This document shows positions 1 through 10,385 of a stretch of DNA of 22,619 nt, one piece after another. A program made the position numbers and the translations under genes. The notes under the pieces were generated by a model. It was not told the DNA's origin and made no database searches. It saw nothing but the letters and a program-made list of their open reading frames with translations. Every line of letters starts with the position of its first letter. Within the stretch, counting starts at the first letter, position 1. This DNA comes from Paraspadella gotoi (lineage: Eukaryota > Animalia > Chaetognatha): the NCBI GenBank assembly GCA_051294375.1, contig JBJCIZ010000122.1, forward strand, positions 1 to 22,619. The letters run 5' to 3'.

Positions 1-100
1 GGCAGATCCGACATTGTTTGCTCAAACTTGTTTTTTACAAAATTCGGATACTGTGGCAGCAAGACTTAAAGCTGCCTCACTGCTGTCCGTCCTCAGCCTC

Positions 101-310
101 GTCTCAATGGCTGAGCAGGCTAAATCATCTCATTCCATCCGTGCGTCCCGGGTTCAATCCATGGGTATCCCGGTTCTGGCTTGTGACGGTGCCGGTATAA
201 ACATGCCAGTGACAGGAGGCGGTCACTGAGGGTCCGAAGCCCCTACGCCAGTTGGTGAGATACCCAGCACCCCGGGTATCACAGGCTGTCCTCCCGTTGC
301 CATAATACGT
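101..310 (+). mobile_element. tRNA-derived SINE-like element (Pol III head plus structured GC-rich body)
   Basis: A-box-like TGGCTGAGCAGG (108-119) and B-box GGTTCAATCC (151-160) at tRNA-like spacing, but no complete cloverleaf. Followed by a GC-rich body with hairpins that gives way to T-rich sequence near 310. Boundaries approximate. Confidence 0.6.
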
Positions 311-642
311 TTTGACTTTATTATTTTCTTGTCTTCATCAATGCAAATGTTTGAGGATATGAGTCGAAAGTTTGAAGAATTTTGTTAAAAAATAAGTCAA
401 TTAACGTTGCCGAATTTTAATTAAAACTTTCTAAATAAATAAAATAATAATCATAGCAAAAGTCACATGATCGACAAATCAATGCTGCTTATTTTGGGTT
501 AATTTTGTTAATACTTTGCAAATAAGTGATAAATCATGAAATGGTTGTTGTGCAATGTGCGTAATGTTGTTTTGCGTAGGAACGTAATAATCTGAAATTG
601 GCATGTACATCAGGTCACCGTTCTCACTTCCTCCTTGTCCAG

Positions 643-894
643 GCATCCCATCTGTCTCCGCTTTAGTGATGTTCGGGGATTTCGTTCACAATTTCGTCGA
701 CGGCGTCGCCATAGCCGTCGGCTTCTCCGCCTCCCTCACCGTCGGGTGGACGACCTCATTGGCGGTGCTGCTCCACGAGCTGCCTCACGAATTCGGCGAC
801 TTCGCCGTCTTCGTCGCCTCGGGAATGTCGTACAAAAGGGCCTTGCTGCTCAATCTCATTTCCGCGTTGTCTGCCTTTGTGGGGTTTTTCTTGG
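643..894 (+). CDS. ZIP/SLC39A LIV-1 subfamily metal transporter, penultimate coding exon (TM4-TM6 region)
   Basis: Translation contains GDFVHNFVDG and HELPHEFGDFA (the HExPHExGD LIV-1 signature). Acceptor ttgtccag ends at 642; donor gtaag starts at 895; phase 1 at both ends. Upstream exons lie outside the window. The paralogue cannot be assigned by eye. Confidence 0.95.
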
Positions 895-2084
895 GTAAGG
901 ACTAAGGACTGATGACCGGATTGAGGACTGAGTGAGATTTTGTGGGTAGAAATGTATGGGGGTGAGAAGTATAGTGCGTTAAGAAGAAATGTCATTCAGC
1001 ATAACAATACGTAATCATTGATGTATTAGAGCTAATATATCGAGAAATACATTATAATCATCAGTAATCACAAAAAAATAAGTTTTTATTTATATGTAAA
1101 CATTATGTTTTTAATCATTTTTTTAAATGGGTAAATAAATATCTTGCTATTTGCTAAATAAGAAAATTGTTAAGTTAAATGGGTAAGCTCATTTTTTACA
1201 AAGAGTTTGTTTTTTCAATCTGTTTAGTTAAAAAATTTAGGTAAGAAAGTTTTAGGAGAAAACATTCTTGTTGTAAGGCCACGGGATCACTTCAATCTGA
1301 AAATGTAGACGAATCTTAATTTCCTGTATCTTAATCATTTTTCTCATAGTCTTTTTAAGCAGCGTTTTCTATTTAAAAAATGATCGATAATACTCTTTTT
1401 AAAAATCTTACAAAAATGTTCATAAAAATTTAAACAAAATTTTTTCTTTCGGTAAAACTAGATTTTTCCAGAGAAAATAATTATTTTATATGTAAGGCTG
1501 AATTTCTACAAACTAAATTTTTAACTTAAAACTGATTCTTACAGTAAGCTCGAATTTCCTACTATTTTTAGATGTAATCTTCCTTCGTCTACAAGTACAT
1601 ACTTGGAGTTGTCATCACTAATAAGTCTAAATAAAACTACTTTAGCACATATTTCCAGCATGGGTTTTATGCTTTTTATGAGGTTTATGAGTTAAAAAAC
1701 TTATCGAATTTATTTCAATTGACTTGTTTACTTTATGTAAATGTAATGAGTTAAATGGAGTACAGGAATTTTGACTTTCTTGACGAAGTGAAGTTAAAAA
1801 CGAAGAGTGCAGCTCAAACCGTTGACGTCTTTCTTTGAAGAAAAAACAATACTTGGGCAAAGAAAAGAAAGGTGGCGGGAGACTTCGTATGAGGCGTTTT
1901 TTTGAAAAAAATGTATTTTCGTTCAAAGATATCAGAGGAATGTAATCCCAAAATTGATAAAAAACTAATCATAATTTATATGCAAGGAAGGCAAATTTTG
2001 AAAGTATCTTTTCATAGAATTGGAGGTCCGTTCGACTTTAAAGGTAATTCATGCCAAATTCTCCAAGGATAACGCCGCATTACC

Positions 2085-2283
2085 GTTTGAGGCCTGCAAC
2101 TTCTTCAAGATAGGTTTCTTTATTTTAATCAGTGACCAAAAAAATCGGAAAAAACGTAGGCATGACCGCCTTTGAAAAAATAGTTAAAGTGCAAATACAT
2201 TTTCGGAATCGTTTCCGGAGCTCTCCTTCGAAATTGGCCGAAGCTCCGGTTTAGCCTAATTATAAGTTTGATTGAGTGATCCC
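2085..2283 (+). repeat. Diverged dispersed repeat; second copy at about 4061-4243
   Basis: Shared blocks gtttga..cctgcaa..cttc.agataggtttctt, ttaaagtg, gaatcg..ggagctc and ttga.tga.ccc occur in the same order in both copies. Confidence 0.65.
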
Positions 2284-2290
2284 GGCGACC

Positions 2291-3100
2291 TTAACAACGA
2301 TTTAATTGACATAAATAGTCAGACATGTTTCGGTCTTTCACTTAAGCCTTCATCATGTTTTTGACAATCAATATTTAGTCTCTGTGAAGTAAGTTTTGAG
2401 AGAGGATGAGAGAGAGAGAGAGAGAGAGAGAAAAATTGAGGGAGAGTTTCCAACAAAGAATAATATAAGGAGCAGTGGTCAGATGTGGAGCGACAGCGTG
2501 AAGGAAGGAGAGAGGAAGAAGTAAGTCGTGAAAAATGAAAAAAGAGTGAGAGAGAGAGAGAGAGCAAAGGCAAAAATTTAAACAATACATGAGCAATGTA
2601 CAACAGAGATAAAGTTATTAAGTAAATCTAATACATAAAACTGAAATTAAATGTTAAACAACGGAAATAAATAAGTTAGTAGAATAAAGTGAAATTTGAA
2701 ATAAAAATAAGTGGTGAGGATAGATAAAGTGAAGAAAAGTGAAAGTAAGTAAAGAAAGAGCTCAAAAATAGCTAGCCCCCCCCGGCCGGGCATGGAGGGC
2801 GTTGACGATGAAGGCGGGTCAGTTGGCCTGTCATAAGTTGCTGGAGGGTATATATGTAGAGTTTGTCATGCTGGGATCCGGAAGAGATCCGCCTGGGAAA
2901 ATGCCAAGTGCTACTTGTATATTCCCTTTGGCCTGATAAGCCTGCCAAAGCCCTCTCTCACCATGCGGTGAGGAGAGCAGTTTTCGTGTTCTGGCCTGTT
3001 TTGCTACAGGAGATACAGACTCCTCTCCCCTCCTCCTGTAGCCGTCGTTTTGGGCGCGCTCGGCGCGAGGAGAGTCGCGCCAAGTTGCTACAGCGGCTCA
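2291..3100 (-). mobile_element. Penelope-like/retrozyme element copy A, 5'-truncated (coding remnant, G-run, CT-rich terminal repeat, defective hammerhead)
   Basis: Minus strand reads an 88-codon open frame (3097-2834), a G-run, an AT/CT-rich region, then aTGATGAAGGCTT..AGACCGAAACATGTC (2356-2322, first core C missing) and the tail aaatcgttgttaa. Homologous to 10521-11222. Confidence 0.75.
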
Positions 3101-3122
3101 GAAAGGTTATCGGACGTCCATT

Positions 3123-3606
3123 GCTCATTTTTGAGCTCTTTCTTCTTACTTACTTTCACTTTCTCACTTATCTATCCCTCACCATTTATTTTCTATTTCA
3201 AATTTCACTTATTCCACTAACTTATTTATTCCGTTGTTAACATTTAATTTCAGTTTATGTTTTAAAGATTTACTTAAATGCACACTTATCTCTGTTGTAC
3301 ATTGCTAAATGTATTGTTTAAATTTTGCTTTGCTCTTCCTTCTCGTCTCCACTCTTTCATTTTTCAAAGACTTACTTCTTCCCTCTCCTTACCTTCAGCT
3401 GTCCTCACATCTGACCACTTGTCCCTTATTCTTATTCTTTGTTGGAAACTCTCCCTCAATTTTTTTTTCTCTCTCTCTCGCTCTCTCTCTCTCTCAAAAC
3501 TTACTTTCAACAAGAACTAAAATATTGATTGTCAAAAACACTGATGAAGGCTCTAAGTTGAAAGAGCCGAAACATGTCTAATTTATTTCAATTAAATCGT
3601 TGTTAA
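3123..3606 (+). repeat. Inverted copy of the terminal repeat (pLTR-like) of copy A
   Basis: Reverse-complement match to 2291-2772 along about 480 bp with small indels (gagctcaaaaat / atttttgagctc at the inner ends; ttaacaacgatttaattg / caattaaatcgttgttaa at the outer ends). Confidence 0.92.
3527..3590 (+). ncRNA. Minimal type I hammerhead ribozyme, intact core
   Basis: CTGATGA (3541-3547), extra A, stem II GGCTCT/AGAGCC, GAAAC, AT, GTC with predicted cleavage after 3578. Palindromic ACATGT at stem III. Stem I is poorly paired in this copy. Confidence 0.85.
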
Positions 3607-3895
3607 ACACAAACGTTTTTCTCCTAATACCTCAAAAAACAACGAAAAGAGAAGTATATACATAAGCGTAAGAAGTTTAAAACACGGTATGGGTTAGTTG
3701 TAGAAGGGAAGAATTAAACAATTAATCTCGTTACTCTTGTTGGTTTTCCAGTCATGAACAAATATCTTCAGTTAAATAGATGGTAAAGAAATTCGAGCTA
3801 CAATGAATCTACACTGAATTTGAAGAGTTGCAGCCTAAACGAATTACAATAATATTAAATTAAAAATTTGATTAGCAATCTTAAAAAACATTTGT

Positions 3896-4013
3896 AAAAA
3901 TGTAATAGAGAGACATTTGATAAACGCGTTCCAGTTAGGAAGAATTCAAGGTTAAAGTTTAAAAAACATTTCATTCAAATTGAAATTTAAAAATGTCTCT
4001 CTATTACATTTTT
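3896..4013. repeat. Perfect 23-bp inverted repeat within a larger imperfect foldback (about 3820-4082)
   Basis: aaaaatgtaatagagagacattt (3896-3918) is the exact reverse complement of 3991-4013. Outer imperfect arms lie at 3820-3840 and 4061-4082. Confidence 0.85.
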
Positions 4014-4665
4014 CTAATTCAGTAATAAAAATTCATAAAAATATCAGATGGATTGCTTTCGTTTGACCTGCAATCTCTTCAGATAGGTTTCTTTTATTTT
4101 ATATTATAATTAAACCGATTAAAATGGGGTAGAATGCATCAAATGATTAAAGTGAAACATTTCAGAATCGCCAGGAGCTCAGCTTTCTGAATTTTTAGCC
4201 TATTCTATTTTTTGGCCTATTCTAAAGTTGAATTGAATGACCCTTTTTCTTAAGTGTGGTTATGACACATTTATTTTATTTGTCAATATCATTCATTATT
4301 TCAGCAGATAATTTGTTCATTTTTTTATTTTATCCATAAATTTTATGTCCATTTTTTGGTTGATTAATTTCATTTGTTAATTTATTTCATCTTTTCATTC
4401 ATAAATTTTACCAATTAATTTTTTTCGCCTATTCATTCTTTTATTTTACTTGTTAATTTTATATTGACATTTCTTTCATAACTTTTGCTACTTTCATTCA
4501 TTCATGAATTTCATCAGTTTATTTCATTCGTTCATTTTGCTCATTCAATTCAATTGTACATTTCATTATGTTTCTTTTATAAATTTGGTTACTTCATTTA
4601 ATTCATAAATTCTATCAGTCTATGTATTTTGTTTGTTTAAATCTTTAATGCACTATTCCCTTCAG

Positions 4666-4880
4666 GCGTTCAAGTGGCAACGGAAGACAATGTCCGTAAT
4701 TGGCTGATGGCAATCACGGCCGGGATGTTCATTTATGTGTCTTTGGTGAACATGTTGCCCAGCGTCATGCATAACGGAGTCACAGTCAAAGAATTCTTGC
4801 TTCAAAATCTGGGCATTTGGATCGGAGTCATAATTATGTTGCTCGTAGCCATCTACGAGGAGGACCTTCATGGACACTGA
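4666..4880 (+). CDS. ZIP/SLC39A LIV-1 subfamily metal transporter, last coding exon (TM7-TM8)
   Basis: WLMAITAGMFIYVSLVNMLP and FLLQNLGIWIGVIIMLLVAIYEEDL are typical LIV-1 C-terminal segments. Acceptor ends at 4665; TGA at 4878-4880. Confidence 0.95.
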
Positions 4881-5241
4881 TTCTGAATTTAACTGTATTT
4901 GACTGTAAATGACTGTAAATGATTGTATTTCGCTATGATACTGTTTGTATGTATATTGGCTGTATACGTGGCTGTTGAATAACTAGTTTTTACTCGTTCC
5001 TGGTATGACACGATGCAAGTGAGCGTGGCATAGTGTATGCAGCCATAAAAAAAAAAATCGGTGATTGAAATCGTCATCTCTGAATAAGTTATATAAAACA
5101 TCATGGTTTTCTTCAGATATGAAAAAAAATCAATACAAAATAATATTTGGTAGTTAGGATGTGACTAAATATAGAATAATTAAAAAAAATGATAAGTATA
5201 ATGTACAAAGAATTTCTTATATGGCTCTATACCCAAATATA

Positions 5242-5302
5242 TGAATGAAGACTCGAAATGAAGAGTCGAAACATGTCCGTATACTAATAAAAAAATCGTT
5301 GA
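5242..5302 (+). ncRNA. Hammerhead ribozyme remnant (variant stem II, damaged 5' core)
   Basis: ATGA-A-GACTC-gaaatgaa-GAGTC-GAAACATGTC (5245-5277), followed by the family tail aaatcgttga. CTGATGA is replaced by TGAATGA. Confidence 0.7.
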
Positions 5303-5304
5303 CG

Positions 5305-5475
5305 AAAACATTTCCAAACTTTGTTAAATATTTTTTTATAGAAAGGAAAAGAGTTCGTCCCTACTCAGATTCGTCGAAAAACGGGTTCAGCTCTGCAGCG
5401 GCGGTCCAGCGGCTGTCCAGCTTCTCTCTTACCATCGAAAGCTGGCTCGATCCTTATGCTTTTAAGATTTTTTTT
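5305..5475 (+). mobile_element. Deleted 3' fragment of the Helentron-associated element
   Basis: atcgaaagctggctcgatccttatgcttttaagattttt (5434-5475) matches 8889-8927. 5368-5430 matches about 7142-7200. Confidence 0.75.
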
Positions 5476-5700
5476 CAAGCCTTCATCAATCATCAACGTT
5501 CAACAGTTTGTGAAAATAGAGTTGAAGTTTGTGCATAGGAAGAGTGTGAGAGAGAGAGAGAGAGGGCAAAAGTTTTCCAATAAAGTGGTGAGACAGAATA
5601 GTGGTCAGATGTGAGGACAGGGTAAGGTGAGGACAGACTGAGTAAGTTGTGAAAAGAAGTGAAACTTATTAGAGAGAGAAAGAAAGAAAGAAAACTAGTT
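5474..5700 (-). mobile_element. Penelope-like terminal repeat fragment with 5' half of the hammerhead
   Basis: ttcaagccttcatca (5474-5488; TGATGAAGGCTTGAA on minus), a (GA)n tract, and the family motif gtggtcagatgtgaggacag near 5601-5620. Confidence 0.75.
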
Positions 5701-6257
5701 ATTCTATTTTTTTCATTTATTACCTTTGTCAAGCTAGTTCTCCAGAACTGAGTTGAATTATAATTTGTATTAAGTAATAAGTATATTGTCAATTCAAAGG
5801 TTGTGAAAGACTTAGAAAAATATATTAAGCTTACTTGATTAATTTAAGAATAGATCCAACTTTTTTTCATATATATATATATTGGTTGTACCAATTTCTT
5901 AATTTTTATAATTTGTCTTGTTTCAGTAAGATGCGTGTATAAATTCTATATATCTTAACGAGCAATGGCAATAACAAATAATGCTGACAATCAATAAATA
6001 ATAATAACAATCAATAAACATTGACGAATAATATAAACATTAATACTGAAGTACTAAACATCCATCATTTGGAAAAGATCCTTTGTGAGAAAGCAAGATG
6101 TTAGAATGATGGAAAACATACAATTGAAACATTCTTTGAAATATTTTCCACTTCATTGATAGGGAAGCCAGGTACTCTGGGAGTGAATAATCGAGATTGT
6201 GTGAGTCTTGATTGAAGTCCTACAGGGACATGTTATGTTATTATTATTATTATTATT

Positions 6258-6310
6258 AAAGCCGAAACTTGTCTGTACCATTAAAATAAAATCGTTGATG
6301 TAATAAGACT
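6258..6310 (+). repeat. 3' half of hammerhead plus tail of the same family
   Basis: aaagccGAAACTTGTCtgtaccattaaaataaaatcgttgatgtaataagact closely matches the reverse complement of about 10527-10578. Confidence 0.8.
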
Positions 6311-7426
6311 TCGTCTTTAATCTCAAATAATAAAATTAATAATACTAACCAGTAACCACTTTTATTTTATCATTAAATTTGCTATTTTTTTCGATTTTTT
6401 TGCATTCTTATCGCATTATAAAATCGATAGAACGGAAAAATTGGCCGAGCGAATTTGTAATTTTTATCGAGCCTTGACCGGCGAAGCCGGGTCAGGCCCT
6501 ATAATGTTTTAGGGTTGCTTCTTTGTGACGTAGTCGTCGTCGTCGTCGTCGTCCGTCACGCTGTTTTCAATATATAAAACTACTACGCTTTTATAGGTTT
6601 GGCTGTGACTTACCGTTTTTTTTAAAAATAAAAATTATTATGAATTATGATAAAGTTTTACAAAAGTGTGCGATCATAGTAAGTTAAAAATTTAGATATG
6701 GCTTTTCATCTTGAAATAGCTGTGATATTTTCATATTACATTTGGATTTAAGTATTTTTTGTTTGAATTTCCACTTCATTATGATTTACTGCAATATGCA
6801 AATGAGATTAAAGTACTCCTTATAATATCCAAATTAGTATATAGAAATGCTTTAATCTAATTTACATATTGCAGTATATAATATTGAAGATGAAATTCAA
6901 AAAATTTGTTTTAAATTTTTAATAAAAATGGGAACTCAAAGGATTTTTTTAATGAGAAGCTATATCTTAATTTTAATACATATATAAATTAAATCTTTTA
7001 CAAGCTGCGATTTGGAAAAAAATTGGAAAAAATTTCCAATTGTAAACAATTGTAACATATTTTTGCCTTTCTTTTATTTCTTTAAATTATATATAGATTT
7101 TCTTTCCTATATTTGTCAGTTGCTGCTTTTTCTGAACCCTTAAAAAACGAGTTCAGGTTCTGCAGTGACTGTTCAGCTGGCTTCCAGCTTTCTCTTTCTT
7201 TCTGTTCTTTTGACTCTCTTTTTTCTCTTTCTGTCTCTCTTTCTCTCTCTTTCTGTCTTTTCTGTCTCTCTCACCTGTACGATCTTCGTTTTTTTTGAAA
7301 AATTCTGAATTATTTTTTTCCTCTCAAAACTATTATTATCGCCATTTATTCCGCGCTTTTTTTTTCAATACAAAATCCCAAATTTATATCTGAGATATAA
7401 TTGGAAAGAAATTCGGTTTTTCTTTT

Positions 7427-7465
<39 letters not shown>

Positions 7466-7923
7466 ATTTTTTTAAAAAAAATGAAGAATAACTTATAATG
7501 ATATGCATTATCACATATAAATAAATCAGCTAATGTGACCTATTATATATGCAGCACTTTCGCCGAATAATATAATTGGCATGCATGCACATTATAAAAA
7601 AAATTTTGTGTTTTTATTTATTATTGCAACTTTGGACCGGTTGGCCCACTATTGGCAAATTATATCTAAAAATAGGAATTGATAAGAGAGATATAGTCAA
7701 ATTAAACATTACTTTTTTTTGTTATTCTGATAATTTGTACTATTATTAAATTTATAATATTATTTTTAGTGTATATATTTAATCATTTTTAAACTTTTTT
7801 TTTAAATAATAATTATTTGAGTTGTGATAACTATTTATAAATTAATTAATATGCAAATATTAAATTTGACCCTCGGTCTGGTTTCTTCCTAAAAAAAGAA
7901 CAATCTTTTTTTCTCTATCTCTC

Positions 7924-7954
<31 letters not shown>

Positions 7955-8293
7955 TCTCTTCTCTTTTTCTCTCTTTTTTTTTCCTTCTAAAAACTTTTAT
8001 TATCGCCATTTATTCCGAGATTTTCGTGGATTTTTTCCTTCTAAAAACTTTTATTATCGCCATTTATTATTTTATCTCAATACAAAATCCCAAAATACAA
8101 TAACTTACTTAACCTAGATTTCGTGGTCGTTGCGGAGCAACAAGTAAACAATGTCGAGGAACATGACCTAATAACGCGTTACGTGTATAAAAAAAAAAAT
8201 CAACATAGACCCAATTTCACGACGCCGTTGCGAGGCAACGGATAACCGATATAAAACGAGAGTGACCTAATAATGCGTCTCGTTGGTGGGAAA

Positions 8294-8327
8294 ACTCTCT
8301 CTCTCTCTCTCTTTCTCACTCTCCTCC

Positions 8328-8401
<74 letters not shown>
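8294..8401. repeat. (CT)n microsatellite; related tracts near 7200-7270, 7430-7460, 7910-7975 and 8581-8610
   Basis: Read directly. Most tracts lie next to a repeated unit ttattatcgccatttatt (about 7333, 7998, 8050, 8423). Confidence 0.95.
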
Positions 8402-8409
<8 letters not shown>

Positions 8410-8580
8410 CCTTCTAAAAATTTTATTATCGCCATTTTATTCCGCGCTTTTTTCTCAATACAAAATCACAAATTTACATCCGAGATTTTCGTGGATTTTT
8501 TTTTCTAAAAATTCTGATTATTCTTTATATAAACGAGAGAGACCTAATAATGCGTTTCGTTGGCGGGAAAACTGTCCAGC

Positions 8581-8611
<31 letters not shown>

Positions 8612-8654
8612 TCTTTCACCTCATACACGCATTTTGTTTTGTTTTTATTTACGA

Positions 8655-8890
8655 TGAATGATTCAGCGCGTCAATGAATCACTATCATCGCATCAATGAA
8701 TGACTATCATCGTATCAATGAATGATTATCATCATATCAATGAATGACTATCATCGCATCAATCATTTGATTATCATCACATCAGTCATTTTGTTATCAT
8801 CGCATCAATTATTGGTTATCATCGCGTCAATATTTGGTTATCATCGCATCAATATTTGGTTTATCATCGCATCAATTATTTGGTTACTAT
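8655..8890. repeat. Minisatellite, 22-24 bp unit, about 10 copies
   Basis: Core tatcatcgcatcaat repeated with linkers gaatgac, catttgat and atttggt. Confidence 0.9.
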
Positions 8891-9172
8891 CGAAAGCGGC
8901 TCGATCTTTATGCTTTTAAGATTTTTTATCTTAGATTTACATTCGTTTCAAAAAATTAGGAGGGCACAAGTTGTCCTTTATCGTCTCGAGAGACACGTCA
9001 AACCTCTCGTCTACGGCAAGAAACCACCCTCAACGTCTCTTTAATCTTCAACAGAGGACGCCGCTCCCGAGAGATTTCTCCGAGCAACTTAGCCGACGCA
9101 CCAGGCTCATCTGCTTTCGATTTCCCGCCATCGTCACCCGAAATCGGAAATTACGCTAACGTCAACGGCGAA

Positions 9173-10075
9173 ATGGCGGCCCCCACCGGCGCCAACGAAA
9201 CGGAAGTGTTGCGCTCCGCTCTCGCAGCGGCGCTCAAAGCCCTCGAAAAAAAGAACAAGCCCGAACTGCCGACCTTCGAACCCAAAAACATCGACATTTG
9301 GATCCGGAGGGTCGAGGCGACGTTCATCGCGCTAACATCAAGGAGGCGAGCGAAAAGTTCACGCATCTTGAATCGAAAATTAGCGTCGACGCCAACTCTC
9401 GCATAAATGCTTTTCTCTATGGCGATCCTTCTGAAGCAAACTGGACGGAATTCACTGCTTACCTCCATATTCCATAAGGAATACGGAATGACCCCGCGCC
9501 AAAAAGCGGCGCTCCTCGACGGTTTCGGACGCGATGGCCTACGCCCATCTCAACATCTAGCTAGACTAGAAGAAAAGATAAAGCCCATCACCATTGACGA
9601 TATCAAAAAAGAGACGACAGTCAGAGGTTTGCCACTCGAAATAAGGCGCGCCCTTGAAGACATAGTTGATGAATGGACGGCGTCGCAATTTGCCGACGCT
9701 GCCGACAAATTCTTCGATGCAGAGGGACGCCCGACTCTCGCGGCACCAACTTCGACGATCAACGCCGCTATCTCTGACAATCGCGCCGAAGACACGGTGA
9801 GCGGATCGGACAACGAAAACATCGGCATCAACGTCGTTCAGGGACAACGCCGCGACAGAAGTCGCCCGCAGCCATCCAGTTGGCGCCCTGGCACATCGAG
9901 CGCCTCGTCGGCGAACACTCGCCTCCCTAACGGGCGCCTGAAGCTGGTCTGCTGCTGGCACTTGAAGTTCGGTGACGCCGCTTTCCGCTGCGAGCGCGGC
10001 TGTGCTCGTAAAGGCAAACGCCGCGACCGAAAAGAAACCCAGTCAGGAAATGACGCCGCGGGACAGCGCAGGTGA
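9173..10075 (+). pseudogene. gag: Ty3/Gypsy gag, frameshifted
   Basis: N-terminal LPTFEPKNIDIWIRRVEATF, LRPSQHL motif and C-terminal CCWHLKFGDAAFRCERGC knuckle, typical of animal Gypsy gags. Two frameshifts near 9328 and 9465. Confidence 0.8.
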
Positions 10076-10385
10076 ACGCTGTACCCCGCGCCAATAAGGA
10101 CGATTCACCTGACAATTATCTGCTGCATGTAAAGGATGCCAGCGATGGCCGCCAATTGTTGGTCAATGGTGGTGCCCTCATCTCCCTCGTCCCGCCCACT
10201 GCAGCACAAAGAGTAGCAGGACCTGTTGGACCTCAGCTTCAAGCAGCCAACGGAAGCCCAATAAACTCCTATGGCGTCGTACATCGACGAATAGTACTCG
10301 GCTTGAGAGTTTTTCTTTTCGACATGCTCGCGGCCGATGTAACTCAAAATATTTTGGGCGCCGATTTCTTAGCCGTGTTTTACCT
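10072..10385 (+). pseudogene. pol: Ty3/Gypsy pol 5' end (aspartic protease), truncated before RT
   Basis: LLVNGGALISLVP (catalytic D replaced by N), LQAANGSPINSYG and ADVTQNILGADFL. In the -1 frame relative to gag; sequence turns AT-rich abruptly after 10385. Confidence 0.85.

Larger units (their letters stand above)
895..4665 (+). other. GT-AG intron (3771 nt) of the ZIP gene, filled with repeats
   Basis: Runs GTAAG...ccttcAG; splicing restores the frame FFL-G-VQVATED. Confidence 0.9.
6461..8927 (+). mobile_element. Helentron-associated non-autonomous element (HINE/DINE-1-like)
   Basis: 5' T-run; subterminal IR ATCGAGCC (6466-6473) / GGCTCGAT (8898-8905); 5' GC hairpin gccttgaccggc-gaa-gccgggtcaggc; (GTC)n at about 6533-6555; internal tandem repeats; 3' short hairpin atctt..aagat followed by a T-run. 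Confidence 0.75.

Noticed and set aside
101-175. Functional tRNA gene
   Set aside because: A and B boxes are present but the acceptor and anticodon stems do not pair.
2291-3606. piggyBac/MITE with TTAA target site and 480-bp TIRs
   Set aside because: TTAA occurs at both ends, but the arms carry hammerheads, occur singly elsewhere (5474, 10521) and lack piggyBac CCY termini; an inverted Penelope-like repeat explains it better.
6040-6235. Possible decayed LINE 3' coding fragment on minus
   Set aside because: Only vague peptide resemblance and no diagnostic motif.
8655-8890. CRISPR-like repeat array
   Set aside because: Linkers are 7-9 nt and related to each other, the context is eukaryotic, and there are no cas genes; it is a minisatellite.
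8273-8919. Leu/Ser-rich and Ile-rich short ORFs (also 2319-2603, 3278-3581, 5493-5792, 7113-7298)
   Set aside because: They are translations of (CT)n tracts and minisatellites.
10040-10075. Active -1 frameshift site of the Gypsy fragment
   Set aside because: The position fits, but the heptamer (A GGA AAT) is imperfect and the element is dead (frameshifted gag, D-to-N protease, truncated).
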